DNA from: Planctomycetota bacterium
Lineage (GTDB): Bacteria > Planctomycetota > UBA8742 > UBA2392
Reading direction: 5' to 3'
Assembly: GCA_025993795.1 (NCBI GenBank)
Contig: JAMQHL010000034.1
Span: forward strand, 9,291 to 73,290
Length of the DNA: 64,000 nucleotides
This document shows positions 36,261-44,938 of this stretch, piece by piece. The notes under the pieces are model-generated. The model was given only the letters and a program-made list of their open reading frames with translations. It ran no database searches and was not told where the DNA came from. How positions within the stretch are numbered: the stretch's first letter is position 1; each line of letters starts with the position of its first letter. Position numbers and translations under genes: made by a program.

Positions 36261-38489
36261 CTAGTCACCCATGGCCGCCTGGTGCGCGGGCTGGGAGGCC
36301 TTGAGGTCCTCCAGCATCAGCCGAATCGTGTCACTCGCGTAGCTGTAGGTGTGCCAGCGCCCGGTTTTGGCGCCAATGTCGTCCATGGTCTGGCCGATCA
36401 GGCGCCTGAATTCCTTGTAATCGTCGAGGGTCATTTTCATTTCGAAGAGACGTCTCACCTGTTCGCGGGTCAGCCCCGTCGGCACCGGGTTGCCATCCTC
36501 GTCAACGCCAGGCCAGTTGTTCTCCATGAAGATATCAAAGTTATCGCGGAAGTACCCGAAGGGGTCTGTGATCGAGCTGAGCTCGGCCCTGTCCGCGAGC
36601 AGGGCAAAGCAATTCTGGCGCTTCGAAAACAGCGGGCGGACGTCGCCCATGTACTTCGAACTGGCGGTCAGGCCGGCGACCAGCCAGTCGCGGACCTCGT
36701 CGTAAAAGTGCTTGCGGACCAGTTCGCGCGCAAGGTCATGGTCATCCATGTCGAACTCAAGCCATGTCAGGACCATTTCTTTGATCGCAGCGCGATTGGC
36801 GTCAAACAGCTCGGGCTTTTTCTTGATCGCATTGCCGACATGGGCCTGCTCGTTCGTGCGGATAAGCGACAGGCGACGGTTTATGCCGTACATGTTAATG
36901 CCCAGTTTGTACTCAAAGTCAGGGTCATTGCTGGCGGCATCTGCCAGCAGCTTGTAGTGGTTCTGCCAGGTCGTGTCGTACCAGTTCCACCAGTTGCGGC
37001 GTATGGACGGGTCGGTCGCATAGTTCCAGAAGCCACCAAGGTGCATGTCGCGCTCAATGATGGACCAGTCACCTATCGTGAGAAAGCGCTGCCGATAACG
37101 ATCAAGCTGGGTCTTGGCTTCGGCATAGCTCTTGTTGCGCGCGTCCCAGTATTGCTTTGAGGCAAGAGCCTGCTTCATCAGGTCGATGACCAGCGGAATC
37201 GTCGGTTGATCGCCAAATGCCATCGCCAGTTTTTCGATGGCAGCATTGCTCTGTTCCTTGAGCAGCTTTTCGTCCTGGATCGTCTTTGTGGCGGCGTCAA
37301 TTGCCTGGGCCTGATCGCGCAGTTTCTTCAAGCCGTCGGTAAACCCCTTTTCGCCCGCCGCGATCTCGGTCAACGCGAGGCACCTGGCGGAGTCACCCTC
37401 GGCCAGCGCACTGCGGGCGTCAAGATAGGCTTGCGCGCGCCGTATCAGCGCCTTGTGAACATCCGAAGGCGCGCGGTCGCGCAGCGCAGCCTTGATGGCG
37501 CTCAGGGCCTGGTCGGGCCGGTCGCCGGCCAGCAACTCTTCGGTTATGCGCGTGGCTGCGTTCAGCTCATATGTGTCAACTTCGTCAAGCGCGCTCTTGA
37601 GTGCGTCGGTGCCGCCGTGGACTTCGATATGCTTGAGCAAGAGCGTACGTGCATCGTCAGGCTTGCCCGACGACAGGTAGGCGCGTGCGCTTTCGATGAC
37701 TTTGCGCTCGGGGTTTTCCGCCGGGCCGCTGAACACCGCCAGCCCAACGATAATTGCCGTTGCCAGGATCAGCGCCGCCGCAATCACGGCAATGACCATG
37801 CCTCGCGACGATTTGCCCTGGCTTTCGACCAGGGCTTCCAGCGTGTCCTGGTAACGCGTGAACTCTTTTTCGGCCAGGTTGGTCAGCTCAAGCACGCGGG
37901 TCTTGTTCTTTTCCTTGTCGATGTTGGTGCCTTTGATGACTTTCTGGTAGCGCTCGTCGGCTTCATCCATCGCGACTTTGTACAGCTTGATCTCGCTGCT
38001 TTCGGCGCCCTTGGGGCGGAACGCCTTGACGAAAGAAGTCGGCACCTCGGACTTGTTCATGGCAAGAAACACGGACTCGGTGAAGTAGATCTCGTCAGGA
38101 TTCGTTGCCTTCTCAATCTTTGCGGCCACGTTCACCGGGTCGCCGAACACATCGTTTTCAGTAACCGTGACTTCGCCGCTGTTGATGCTGACCTTGATGT
38201 GAATCGCGTGGGAGTCGTCTTTGCCGACGTTGAACTTGCGCAGCGTGTGCTGCATGAACAGGCCGCACTGCACGGCGTTGGTCGGGCTCTCAAACGTAAT
38301 CAGGAACGCATCGCCGATGGTCTTGACGATCTTGCCGTCAAAGTGCGCCACGATCGGCATAAGCAGCTCGTTGTGTGTATCCAGCCGTGACATCAGGTCC
38401 TGGCGGCTGATCGTCTCGGTGTGCTTGGTGAAACCCGAAATGTCGGTGAACATAACGGTAAGATTCTTCTGCATGCGGCTGGTAGACAT
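36261..38489 (-). CDS. Class III adenylate/guanylate cyclase with TM and extracytoplasmic helical domain
   Basis: VMFTDISGFT, KTIGDAFL, DVFGDPVNVAAKIE; TM MVIAVIAAALILATAIIVGL. Confidence 0.9.
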   Translation of the reverse strand: MSTSRMQKNLTVMFTDISGFTKHTETISRQDLMSRLDTHNELLMPIVAHFDGKIVKTIGDAFLITFESPTNAVQCGLFMQHTLRKFNVGKDDSHAIHIKVSINSGEVTVTENDVFGDPVNVAAKIEKATNPDEIYFTESVFLAMNKSEVPTSFVKAFRPKGAESSEIKLYKVAMDEADERYQKVIKGTNIDKEKNKTRVLELTNLAEKEFTRYQDTLEALVESQGKSSRGMVIAVIAAALILATAIIVGLAVFSGPAENPERKVIESARAYLSSGKPDDARTLLLKHIEVHGGTDALKSALDEVDTYELNAATRITEELLAGDRPDQALSAIKAALRDRAPSDVHKALIRRAQAYLDARSALAEGDSARCLALTEIAAGEKGFTDGLKKLRDQAQAIDAATKTIQDEKLLKEQSNAAIEKLAMAFGDQPTIPLVIDLMKQALASKQYWDARNKSYAEAKTQLDRYRQRFLTIGDWSIIERDMHLGGFWNYATDPSIRRNWWNWYDTTWQNHYKLLADAASNDPDFEYKLGINMYGINRRLSLIRTNEQAHVGNAIKKKPELFDANRAAIKEMVLTWLEFDMDDHDLARELVRKHFYDEVRDWLVAGLTASSKYMGDVRPLFSKRQNCFALLADRAELSSITDPFGYFRDNFDIFMENNWPGVDEDGNPVPTGLTREQVRRLFEMKMTLDDYKEFRRLIGQTMDDIGAKTGRWHTYSYASDTIRLMLEDLKASQPAHQAAMGD

Positions 38490-38578
38490 ATGCTGGCTCG
38501 CTTGGTTTGCGTTCGCGGTCGACGCTGCAGGGCCTCAGACCGTAGACGATAGACCATCAACCGTTGATCGAGGGCCCA

Positions 38579-39436
38579 ATGTATCTACCCAAGGGCGCAT
38601 TTGCACCCGTTCCTACGCCGCTGACGCATGAAGATACGCTGGACACCAGTGCCCTGTCGGCGCACCTGAGCTGGCTGAAACGCGAAGGTCTGGACGGCGC
38701 GCTGATCCTGGGCACCAATGGCGAGTTCGCTTCCTTTACGCTGGCCGAGCGGCGTGCAGTCGCGGAAGCTGCCGTGAGGGCGGACTCGGGCCTGAAGCTG
38801 ATTCTGAATGTCGGGAGCTGTGCCGTTGACGAAGCCCGGCAGATGTCCGAAGTCGGCGCCGACCTGGGCTATGACGCCCTGATGTGCCCGCCGCCTTGGT
38901 ACTTTCGCAACGCGCCGGCCCAGGGCCTGTCGGACTTCTTCCGAAGGGTACTGGAGCATGCGCGCTTGCCGGTGCTGCTGTACCACATTCCGCAACTCAC
39001 AGGCATTGCGCTCACGGACGAGCTGCTGGATACCATTTGCGGCAACACACGCTGCGCGGGCATCAAGGACAGCACCGGCGACGAAGCCGAACTTGGGCGC
39101 CTGCTGCCCCGCTTTGCGAGCCGCAGCTACCTGGTGGGCAACGACAGGCTGATTGCGGCAACCCTGCAAGCTGGCGGCCACGGCAGCATCACCGCGTGCG
39201 CCAGCGTAATCCCGGACCTGGTCAAGAGCGTCGAACGCAACGCCGATCAACAAGTGAAGCTGAACAGCGTGCGCGGATTGCTGGAAAAGTTCGGCCTGGG
39301 GCCGGCGGTGAAGGCCATCCTGCGCAAGAAAGGATTCGGCGACTACGCCACGCGCCCGCCGCTGACAGCGCTGCCGGATGCACAAGCCGAGCAGATGATC
39401 GCGATGCTGAACATGTTCGGCGCGATCAAGTGGTAA
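38579..39436 (+). CDS. Dihydrodipicolinate synthase/N-acetylneuraminate lyase family aldolase
   Basis: PTPL, LGTNGEF, LLYHIPQLTG, Schiff-base GIKDS. Confidence 0.88.
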   Translation: MYLPKGAFAPVPTPLTHEDTLDTSALSAHLSWLKREGLDGALILGTNGEFASFTLAERRAVAEAAVRADSGLKLILNVGSCAVDEARQMSEVGADLGYDALMCPPPWYFRNAPAQGLSDFFRRVLEHARLPVLLYHIPQLTGIALTDELLDTICGNTRCAGIKDSTGDEAELGRLLPRFASRSYLVGNDRLIAATLQAGGHGSITACASVIPDLVKSVERNADQQVKLNSVRGLLEKFGLGPAVKAILRKKGFGDYATRPPLTALPDAQAEQMIAMLNMFGAIKW

Positions 39437-39449
39437 TGCCTGGCTGTCG

Positions 39450-40667
39450 CTACTCCATGGCCTTTTTGCAGTTGCTCAGGATGATCATGCCGAAGCCCGT
39501 GCCGTAAGGCTTGGCGTAGCCGTAAAGCGGGTAGTCCCAGAAGCTGCCGTCGTCGTACTGGCCTGCCACGATAAGCTCGCCGAGCTTGTCGCCGTACTTG
39601 GGCTGATCGGCCTTTGGAAGCGCCAGCACGTTGCGCGACGCGTGATAGTGGCCGAAGTAGTAGTAATACGGTGCCGTGGCGTACCAGGCCTCATGCGGGA
39701 ACTGGCGTCCGCGGCCGATCTCAATGAACACGTGCTCAGGCCCAAGAAACGTGTCAAGTTGCGCCTTCAGCATGTCCGGCGTCACAAGGCGACCCCACAG
39801 TTGCAGCGCGTTGTCGCCGGACTGGCTGCGGCCCAGGCTGCCGCGCGGCAGGTTGGCAACGCCCTGCGGGTAGTGCATGTGCCCGCTGCTGTAATAGTAG
39901 GCACCGTTGGGGATGCGGTGGCGCTGCAGGTAATCCAGCGCGATCTGCACGTTATGGTCGCGCAGGCCTTCGCCGTCGGGGTTGGATTCACTGCGACCAA
40001 GCCGCAGGTCAGACTTGAAGGCCTCATGCAGCGCCACCAGCGCCGCAGCGGTGGTGAATGCCGTGCTGATGTCGCCACTGGGGCGCAACGTGCGAAAGTC
40101 AAAGTCGTAGTAGCCCCAGCCACCGTCCAGCGACTGGTGGTCCAGCAGCCGCCGCAATTCGTGCTCGGCGCGCTTGCGCAACCGCGGCTTGTCTTTGGCA
40201 AAGCGCGCATCGGCCATGGCGCGCGTCAATGCCTGGACCATGTAGGTGTGCGACCAGACGTTGTAGAATGTGTTCATGGTCGCGCGCGGCGTATCCGGCG
40301 CGTCAATCAGGTACTCAAAGCCCTTGGCCAGTGCGGCATTGATCTCGTCGGTGGGCGGTTGCAGCAGCAGGCCCATCAGGCACAGCGCGGTGCTGGCGTT
40401 GCCCCAGACGTGCAGGCTGTTGATGCTGCCAAGATATATGTCGTTGGGGCGCTCAGTCATGTAGCCCCAGTCGCCCTGTCGTTTCTGGTTATCCAGTGCC
40501 CAGCGCACGGCGCGGTCCAGGTTCTGCTGGTACTTCCATCCGGCTGGCTGGGGCGTGGGATCGGGCGTCGGCGCGGGTACTACCGGCGCAGGCTTGTTGT
40601 CGGCACTTTTCGTGCAGGCGCAAAGGGTCAGACCGATCGCGGCAAGGATGATCCATGTTGGGCGCAC
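39450..40667 (-). CDS. Lipoprotein with prenyltransferase/squalene-oxidase-repeat (alpha/alpha toroid) domain
   Basis: Lipobox LCAC; QW-like motifs QKRQGDW, HQSLDGGW, QYDDGSF; GGAG before GTG 40667. Confidence 0.8.
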   Translation of the reverse strand: MRPTWIILAAIGLTLCACTKSADNKPAPVVPAPTPDPTPQPAGWKYQQNLDRAVRWALDNQKRQGDWGYMTERPNDIYLGSINSLHVWGNASTALCLMGLLLQPPTDEINAALAKGFEYLIDAPDTPRATMNTFYNVWSHTYMVQALTRAMADARFAKDKPRLRKRAEHELRRLLDHQSLDGGWGYYDFDFRTLRPSGDISTAFTTAAALVALHEAFKSDLRLGRSESNPDGEGLRDHNVQIALDYLQRHRIPNGAYYYSSGHMHYPQGVANLPRGSLGRSQSGDNALQLWGRLVTPDMLKAQLDTFLGPEHVFIEIGRGRQFPHEAWYATAPYYYYFGHYHASRNVLALPKADQPKYGDKLGELIVAGQYDDGSFWDYPLYGYAKPYGTGFGMIILSNCKKAME

Positions 40668-40700
40668 GTGCACTCCTGCTTCTACGGCCAAACACTCAGA

Positions 40701-41867
40701 CTACTCCGGCAGTGACACACCAACCCTGGCACCCGGCAGGAACTTGCCGTCGGCGTTGTCCACCTCGATGCGCGTGCTGACCTTGCCGTCACGCACCAGC
40801 ATACCGATCAGCTTGACGGTGCCGCTGCCACTGACACCGAGTTCGTCGCTCTTCACGGAAACCTTGGTGCCCGGCTGATACTTGGCGCGGGCATTGGCCA
40901 ATACCGGCACGGTGACGTGAAGCGTGGCTGTGTTGATCACAGTGACCAGCGCCTGTCCGCGGTTGACTTTGTCGCCCGCCTTGGCGGGCATGGCAACGCC
41001 GTCGTTGCCGGCAAGGCCGCCGGCCAGCATCACGCCGTCGTGTGGCGCGATCAGCACAAGCGCATTGGCGTCAGCTTCAAGTTTGGCCATCTGCTGGACG
41101 GCATCCTTGTGCCTGCGCTCAGCACCCATGAGTTTTGACTTCAGGTCAGTGTTGCCGTTGGCTTTCAGTGTCTCGATGCGTTGCATCTCCAGTTCGGCGC
41201 CTTTCACGGCGCTTTCAAGGTCCTGGTCACGGCGCGGCAGATCAACTTTCAACCAGCGGTCGTGGCGGTCCTGCGCCATCTTGTGGCGTTCTTTGCTCTG
41301 GGCCAGGCGCCGCTTGCTGCGGTTCAGCACAATGTCCTGGCTTTCCTTGGCGAGATCGTTGCCCTTGTACAACTTCTCGAGCTGTGCCAGCTCTTCTTCC
41401 TGGTCTTCGATGCTGAACTTGCTGCCCTCAAGGTTCATTTCGTTGTTGCGCACCTGCTGCTTGCGGTCGATCTCGCGAAAGAACTGCAGCTCTTCGCGGG
41501 CGCGCTCAAGGCGGCGCTGCGCCGCCAGCACCTGCTCGGGAAAGCTGTCTTCGTACTGCCTGGAAGCGTCTTTCATCGCCTGCAGCCCAAGCTCGGCGGC
41601 GGTCAGGCCTTCGCGACCGCGCTCAAGGGCCTCGGCGTACTCGGGCGCCTCAAGCTCGGCGAGTTTGTCGCCCGCTTTCATGGCCATGCCGGGCGTGGCG
41701 ATCCACTTCAGCCGTAACTCGCCACTGTACGCCTGCAGGTCCACTTTGACTTCGGTCGCCTGGGCGGCTTCCAGCTTGCCGGAAAGCGCCTTGCTGTCGT
41801 CCTGGGCTTGCGAGATGCCGGCTACGGCAAGAGTGATCAGCACAGCAGAACAAATCTTAAGACGCAT
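40701..41867 (-). CDS. HlyD/periplasmic adaptor (membrane fusion) family protein
   Basis: Signal peptide, split lipoyl halves (MKAGDKLAEL / LIAPHDGV..GDKV..GQAL), long coiled coil, PGARV terminus. Confidence 0.85.
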   Translation of the reverse strand: MRLKICSAVLITLAVAGISQAQDDSKALSGKLEAAQATEVKVDLQAYSGELRLKWIATPGMAMKAGDKLAELEAPEYAEALERGREGLTAAELGLQAMKDASRQYEDSFPEQVLAAQRRLERAREELQFFREIDRKQQVRNNEMNLEGSKFSIEDQEEELAQLEKLYKGNDLAKESQDIVLNRSKRRLAQSKERHKMAQDRHDRWLKVDLPRRDQDLESAVKGAELEMQRIETLKANGNTDLKSKLMGAERRHKDAVQQMAKLEADANALVLIAPHDGVMLAGGLAGNDGVAMPAKAGDKVNRGQALVTVINTATLHVTVPVLANARAKYQPGTKVSVKSDELGVSGSGTVKLIGMLVRDGKVSTRIEVDNADGKFLPGARVGVSLPE

Positions 41868-42020
41868 CGGAATGTCTCCGTGGGCACAGCCAGAATGAGG
41901 GAACACCATGAATACGCGTATCCCCCCGTCGGGGGAAGGAAAATTGTGAGGTTGCGGCAACCCCCGTAAATGACAACCGCCGCGATTTCCGCGGCGGTTG
42001 GGCCTGCTTGCCTGATCGGG

Positions 42021-44663
42021 CTACTCTTCGGGCTGATCTTCGTCGGGGTTGGTCTTCTTGTCTTGTGTCGTTGGGTTGTTCGGGTCGGTGGGCTGGGTTT
42101 TGGGGGTGTAGCCGTCTTTCCATCCGCCGTCGGTTTCACCGAGAATCCAAAGGGCTTCGCAGGTGCCGCACAGCTTGCCGAAGCTGGGGTGGCCCAGCCA
42201 GGTGCCGTCGGCATTACGTGTCTGCATCAGGGACTTGATGCAGATTTCGTTGATGTCCTTGAACTGGGACTTGCCGCAGTCCTTGGCTGCCATCAGCGTC
42301 CAGTAGTGGCTGAACAGCCAGTAGTATGCCGCGTTGAACCAGCGCTCAAGGTTGTGCGGGCTGCCGCCGATGCGCGGGTTGTAGTAGTACTCCATGCGCC
42401 GCACAACGTCGAGCTCGCTGCGGTAGCGAATGAACTGGTCGATGATCTTCTTCAGGTCGCCGCTCTTGCGCGTGCCGTAGCGGTTCAGCGCAAGCTCGCA
42501 GATGCCGTTGCGACCCTGGCAACCACGGATGTCGATGCCCATGTTGTTCGGGTGCTCGCGTGAGCCTGCACGGTACATGTAAGTCTCGGCGCCACCGTGT
42601 GCGGCGTCTTTCTCGCGCAGATTGGTCAGCAGGTTGGCGGCGCTGCGCAACGGCCCCTTGAGCGTCGTGCGCATGCCCTTGATGTCGATGTCTTTCTGGA
42701 CATCCAGCAGCACAAGCAGTGCCGCCGCAGTGGCAAAGCTGGGGGCTTCACCCATTTCGGGGTAATATGCCCAGCCGCCTTCTTCAACACCTTCCTCGGC
42801 GTCGCCGGTTGTGGGTTCCCACTTGGGCAGCACGTACTTTATCTCGATCGACTTGCCGCCACGGTCCATGGTGAAGATCGCTTCTTCGCCGGCGGTGAGG
42901 TCCCAGTACGCGTCACGGAACGAGAAGAAATCGGCGGTCTGGTTGCCATTGATGGCGGAGAAGATGTCACCGACCTTCATGCCCGCCTTTTCGGCGGCGC
43001 CGCCCTTGTCCACGCGGTTGCACATGGCCCGGAACTGGCGGTCCACCGTCACCCCGAACTGGGGGTTGAAGGGCTGCGGCACGGCGTCGGCGATGACATC
43101 CGCCTCCATCTCCTGCCCGTCACGTATCCACTTGATCTTGAACTGCTTGCCGGCAGGCACCGTGCCCAGAAACTCAAAGAAATGGTCGTAGCCCAGCATC
43201 GGCGTGTCGCCAACCCAGGTGACGCGGTCGTCATCTTTCAAGCCGGCTTCACCAGCCGAAAGGTCGGGGCGTATGCCGTCAACGACGACGCCGTTGTCGT
43301 CGCCCTTGTCTTCTTCTTTGACTATGAAGCCGAACCAGCCCTCCGGGGCGCCGCTGGCTTCAATGGTCACGCTGGTTTTCCTCTTCTTCTCGCCGCGCAG
43401 AACCTTCAGCTTGATCTTCTTGCCCGGGACGATGCCGTTTTCATGCACGCGGAAGTCGTCGATCTTGCTGATAGCGTTGCCTTCGACCTCGTTGATGATG
43501 TCGCCGACTTCAAGCTTGTCGCGGCACGGGCTGAAGGGCAGGAACTTCTCGACAATCGGACCTTCGCCAACTCCCGGGCTGAGCTTCAGACCAAGGTAGC
43601 CGGGCCATGATGGCTTGATGCTGACGTCCTTTGTGAACTCGGCGCGGTCGCGCTTGATCTTGAGGCGCACCTTCTGGCCGCCCTGCCAGTTCGCCTCTTC
43701 AAGGTAGAAGTCCAGCGCGTTTTCGATGCGCAGGCCCTCGGCCTCAATGATCCGGTCGCCAACCTGCAATGCGACGCCTTCGGCGGTGCCGCCGGGGATA
43801 ATTCTGTCAATCGGCGCGCCGCCGCGGTACTCGGTATCGGTGGGGGGCTTCATGACCACGCCCAGGCCAGCCGGGCCTGAGTTCTTGAGGCGGCTGCTGA
43901 TGCGGGCCTTGCGCTTCTTTTCAAGCAGCTTGGCAGTGTCCTGCGGCAGTTGCAGGCGCAACATGGAGTTGACCATGCGGCGCGAAACCGCGCGGATCTC
44001 GTTCTTGAGTTCTTCGTCCTTGGTGACGACAAACTCACCGTGCAAGAACTTCAGCCCAAGCGTGTAGCGCCAGTTGGCGTACCAGACGCCCAGGGGCAGC
44101 TTGCCGCGATACACGCGGTCGATTACAAAGTTGACGGCCTTCTTGAGTGCAGCCTCAATGCGGATCGGGTCTACCTTGATGTGGTAGCGCAGTGAAACAC
44201 CCGCCAGTGCCGTCGCGGAAATCGCGTCCACGGCCTGGTCCGCAGTGTCCGACAAGAGCGAACCAGACAGCTCAACGTCCCACGCGCCATTCTCTTTCTG
44301 GCTGTCGAGCAGGAACTCGATTGCCTTCACGATTGCTGCGCGAACTTCATCGTCGGCGGGCATCTTTCCCGTCAGGTCCAGCGGCGGGTCAGGTTTCCAG
44401 CCCGGCGGCTGCATGCCGGGGCCTTGCAGCGGCTGAATCCCCGATCCGTTGCCGCCGATGTCGAGCAGCACCCTGGTAGGGTCAAAGTCCGGCATCGGCG
44501 CCAGCTTCGGCTGCTCCAGGCCAGCCATGGTGTCGCCGACGTTCGAGACTTCCACGACCGGCGTCGGCGCAACCTCAGTTCCGCGGTAGTTCGTGCTGAA
44601 CAATGCCAAGCCGCAAAGTACGGCAGGAACGAGAAGTGCCCTCTTAGAGAAGGAGTAGCCCAT
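42021..44663 (-). CDS. Exported alpha/alpha-toroid protein with four internal PDZ domains
   Basis: SQKENGAW, GGWAYY, TRNADGTW; four PDZ units (GLGV..GDRI, YLGL..GDII, WFGF..DDRV, QFGV..GDIF). Confidence 0.85.
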   Translation of the reverse strand: MGYSFSKRALLVPAVLCGLALFSTNYRGTEVAPTPVVEVSNVGDTMAGLEQPKLAPMPDFDPTRVLLDIGGNGSGIQPLQGPGMQPPGWKPDPPLDLTGKMPADDEVRAAIVKAIEFLLDSQKENGAWDVELSGSLLSDTADQAVDAISATALAGVSLRYHIKVDPIRIEAALKKAVNFVIDRVYRGKLPLGVWYANWRYTLGLKFLHGEFVVTKDEELKNEIRAVSRRMVNSMLRLQLPQDTAKLLEKKRKARISSRLKNSGPAGLGVVMKPPTDTEYRGGAPIDRIIPGGTAEGVALQVGDRIIEAEGLRIENALDFYLEEANWQGGQKVRLKIKRDRAEFTKDVSIKPSWPGYLGLKLSPGVGEGPIVEKFLPFSPCRDKLEVGDIINEVEGNAISKIDDFRVHENGIVPGKKIKLKVLRGEKKRKTSVTIEASGAPEGWFGFIVKEEDKGDDNGVVVDGIRPDLSAGEAGLKDDDRVTWVGDTPMLGYDHFFEFLGTVPAGKQFKIKWIRDGQEMEADVIADAVPQPFNPQFGVTVDRQFRAMCNRVDKGGAAEKAGMKVGDIFSAINGNQTADFFSFRDAYWDLTAGEEAIFTMDRGGKSIEIKYVLPKWEPTTGDAEEGVEEGGWAYYPEMGEAPSFATAAALLVLLDVQKDIDIKGMRTTLKGPLRSAANLLTNLREKDAAHGGAETYMYRAGSREHPNNMGIDIRGCQGRNGICELALNRYGTRKSGDLKKIIDQFIRYRSELDVVRRMEYYYNPRIGGSPHNLERWFNAAYYWLFSHYWTLMAAKDCGKSQFKDINEICIKSLMQTRNADGTWLGHPSFGKLCGTCEALWILGETDGGWKDGYTPKTQPTDPNNPTTQDKKTNPDEDQPEE

Positions 44664-44938
44664 TGTGTATCCCCTCGGGCGCAAGCGCCGAAACTGCAAC
44701 CACACCGGATGAGAATTCATGCCTAAAGACGCAATTCCTAGCTACGGAGTTCCAAGCAACTTCAAGAGGTTAATACGAGGTTCGGCAAGTTGTTGGCGGC
44801 TGGATTCTCCGATCTGCCACCCGAACGCAGAGTTTAGCAAGAAAGCAACGAAGGCACACAAAAAGCGTGCCTGGTCGTGCAGTGTCGCAATACAAATCAG
44901 CCGGCATTTGCATATCGGCAATCAGCGACCTCCAGCGC

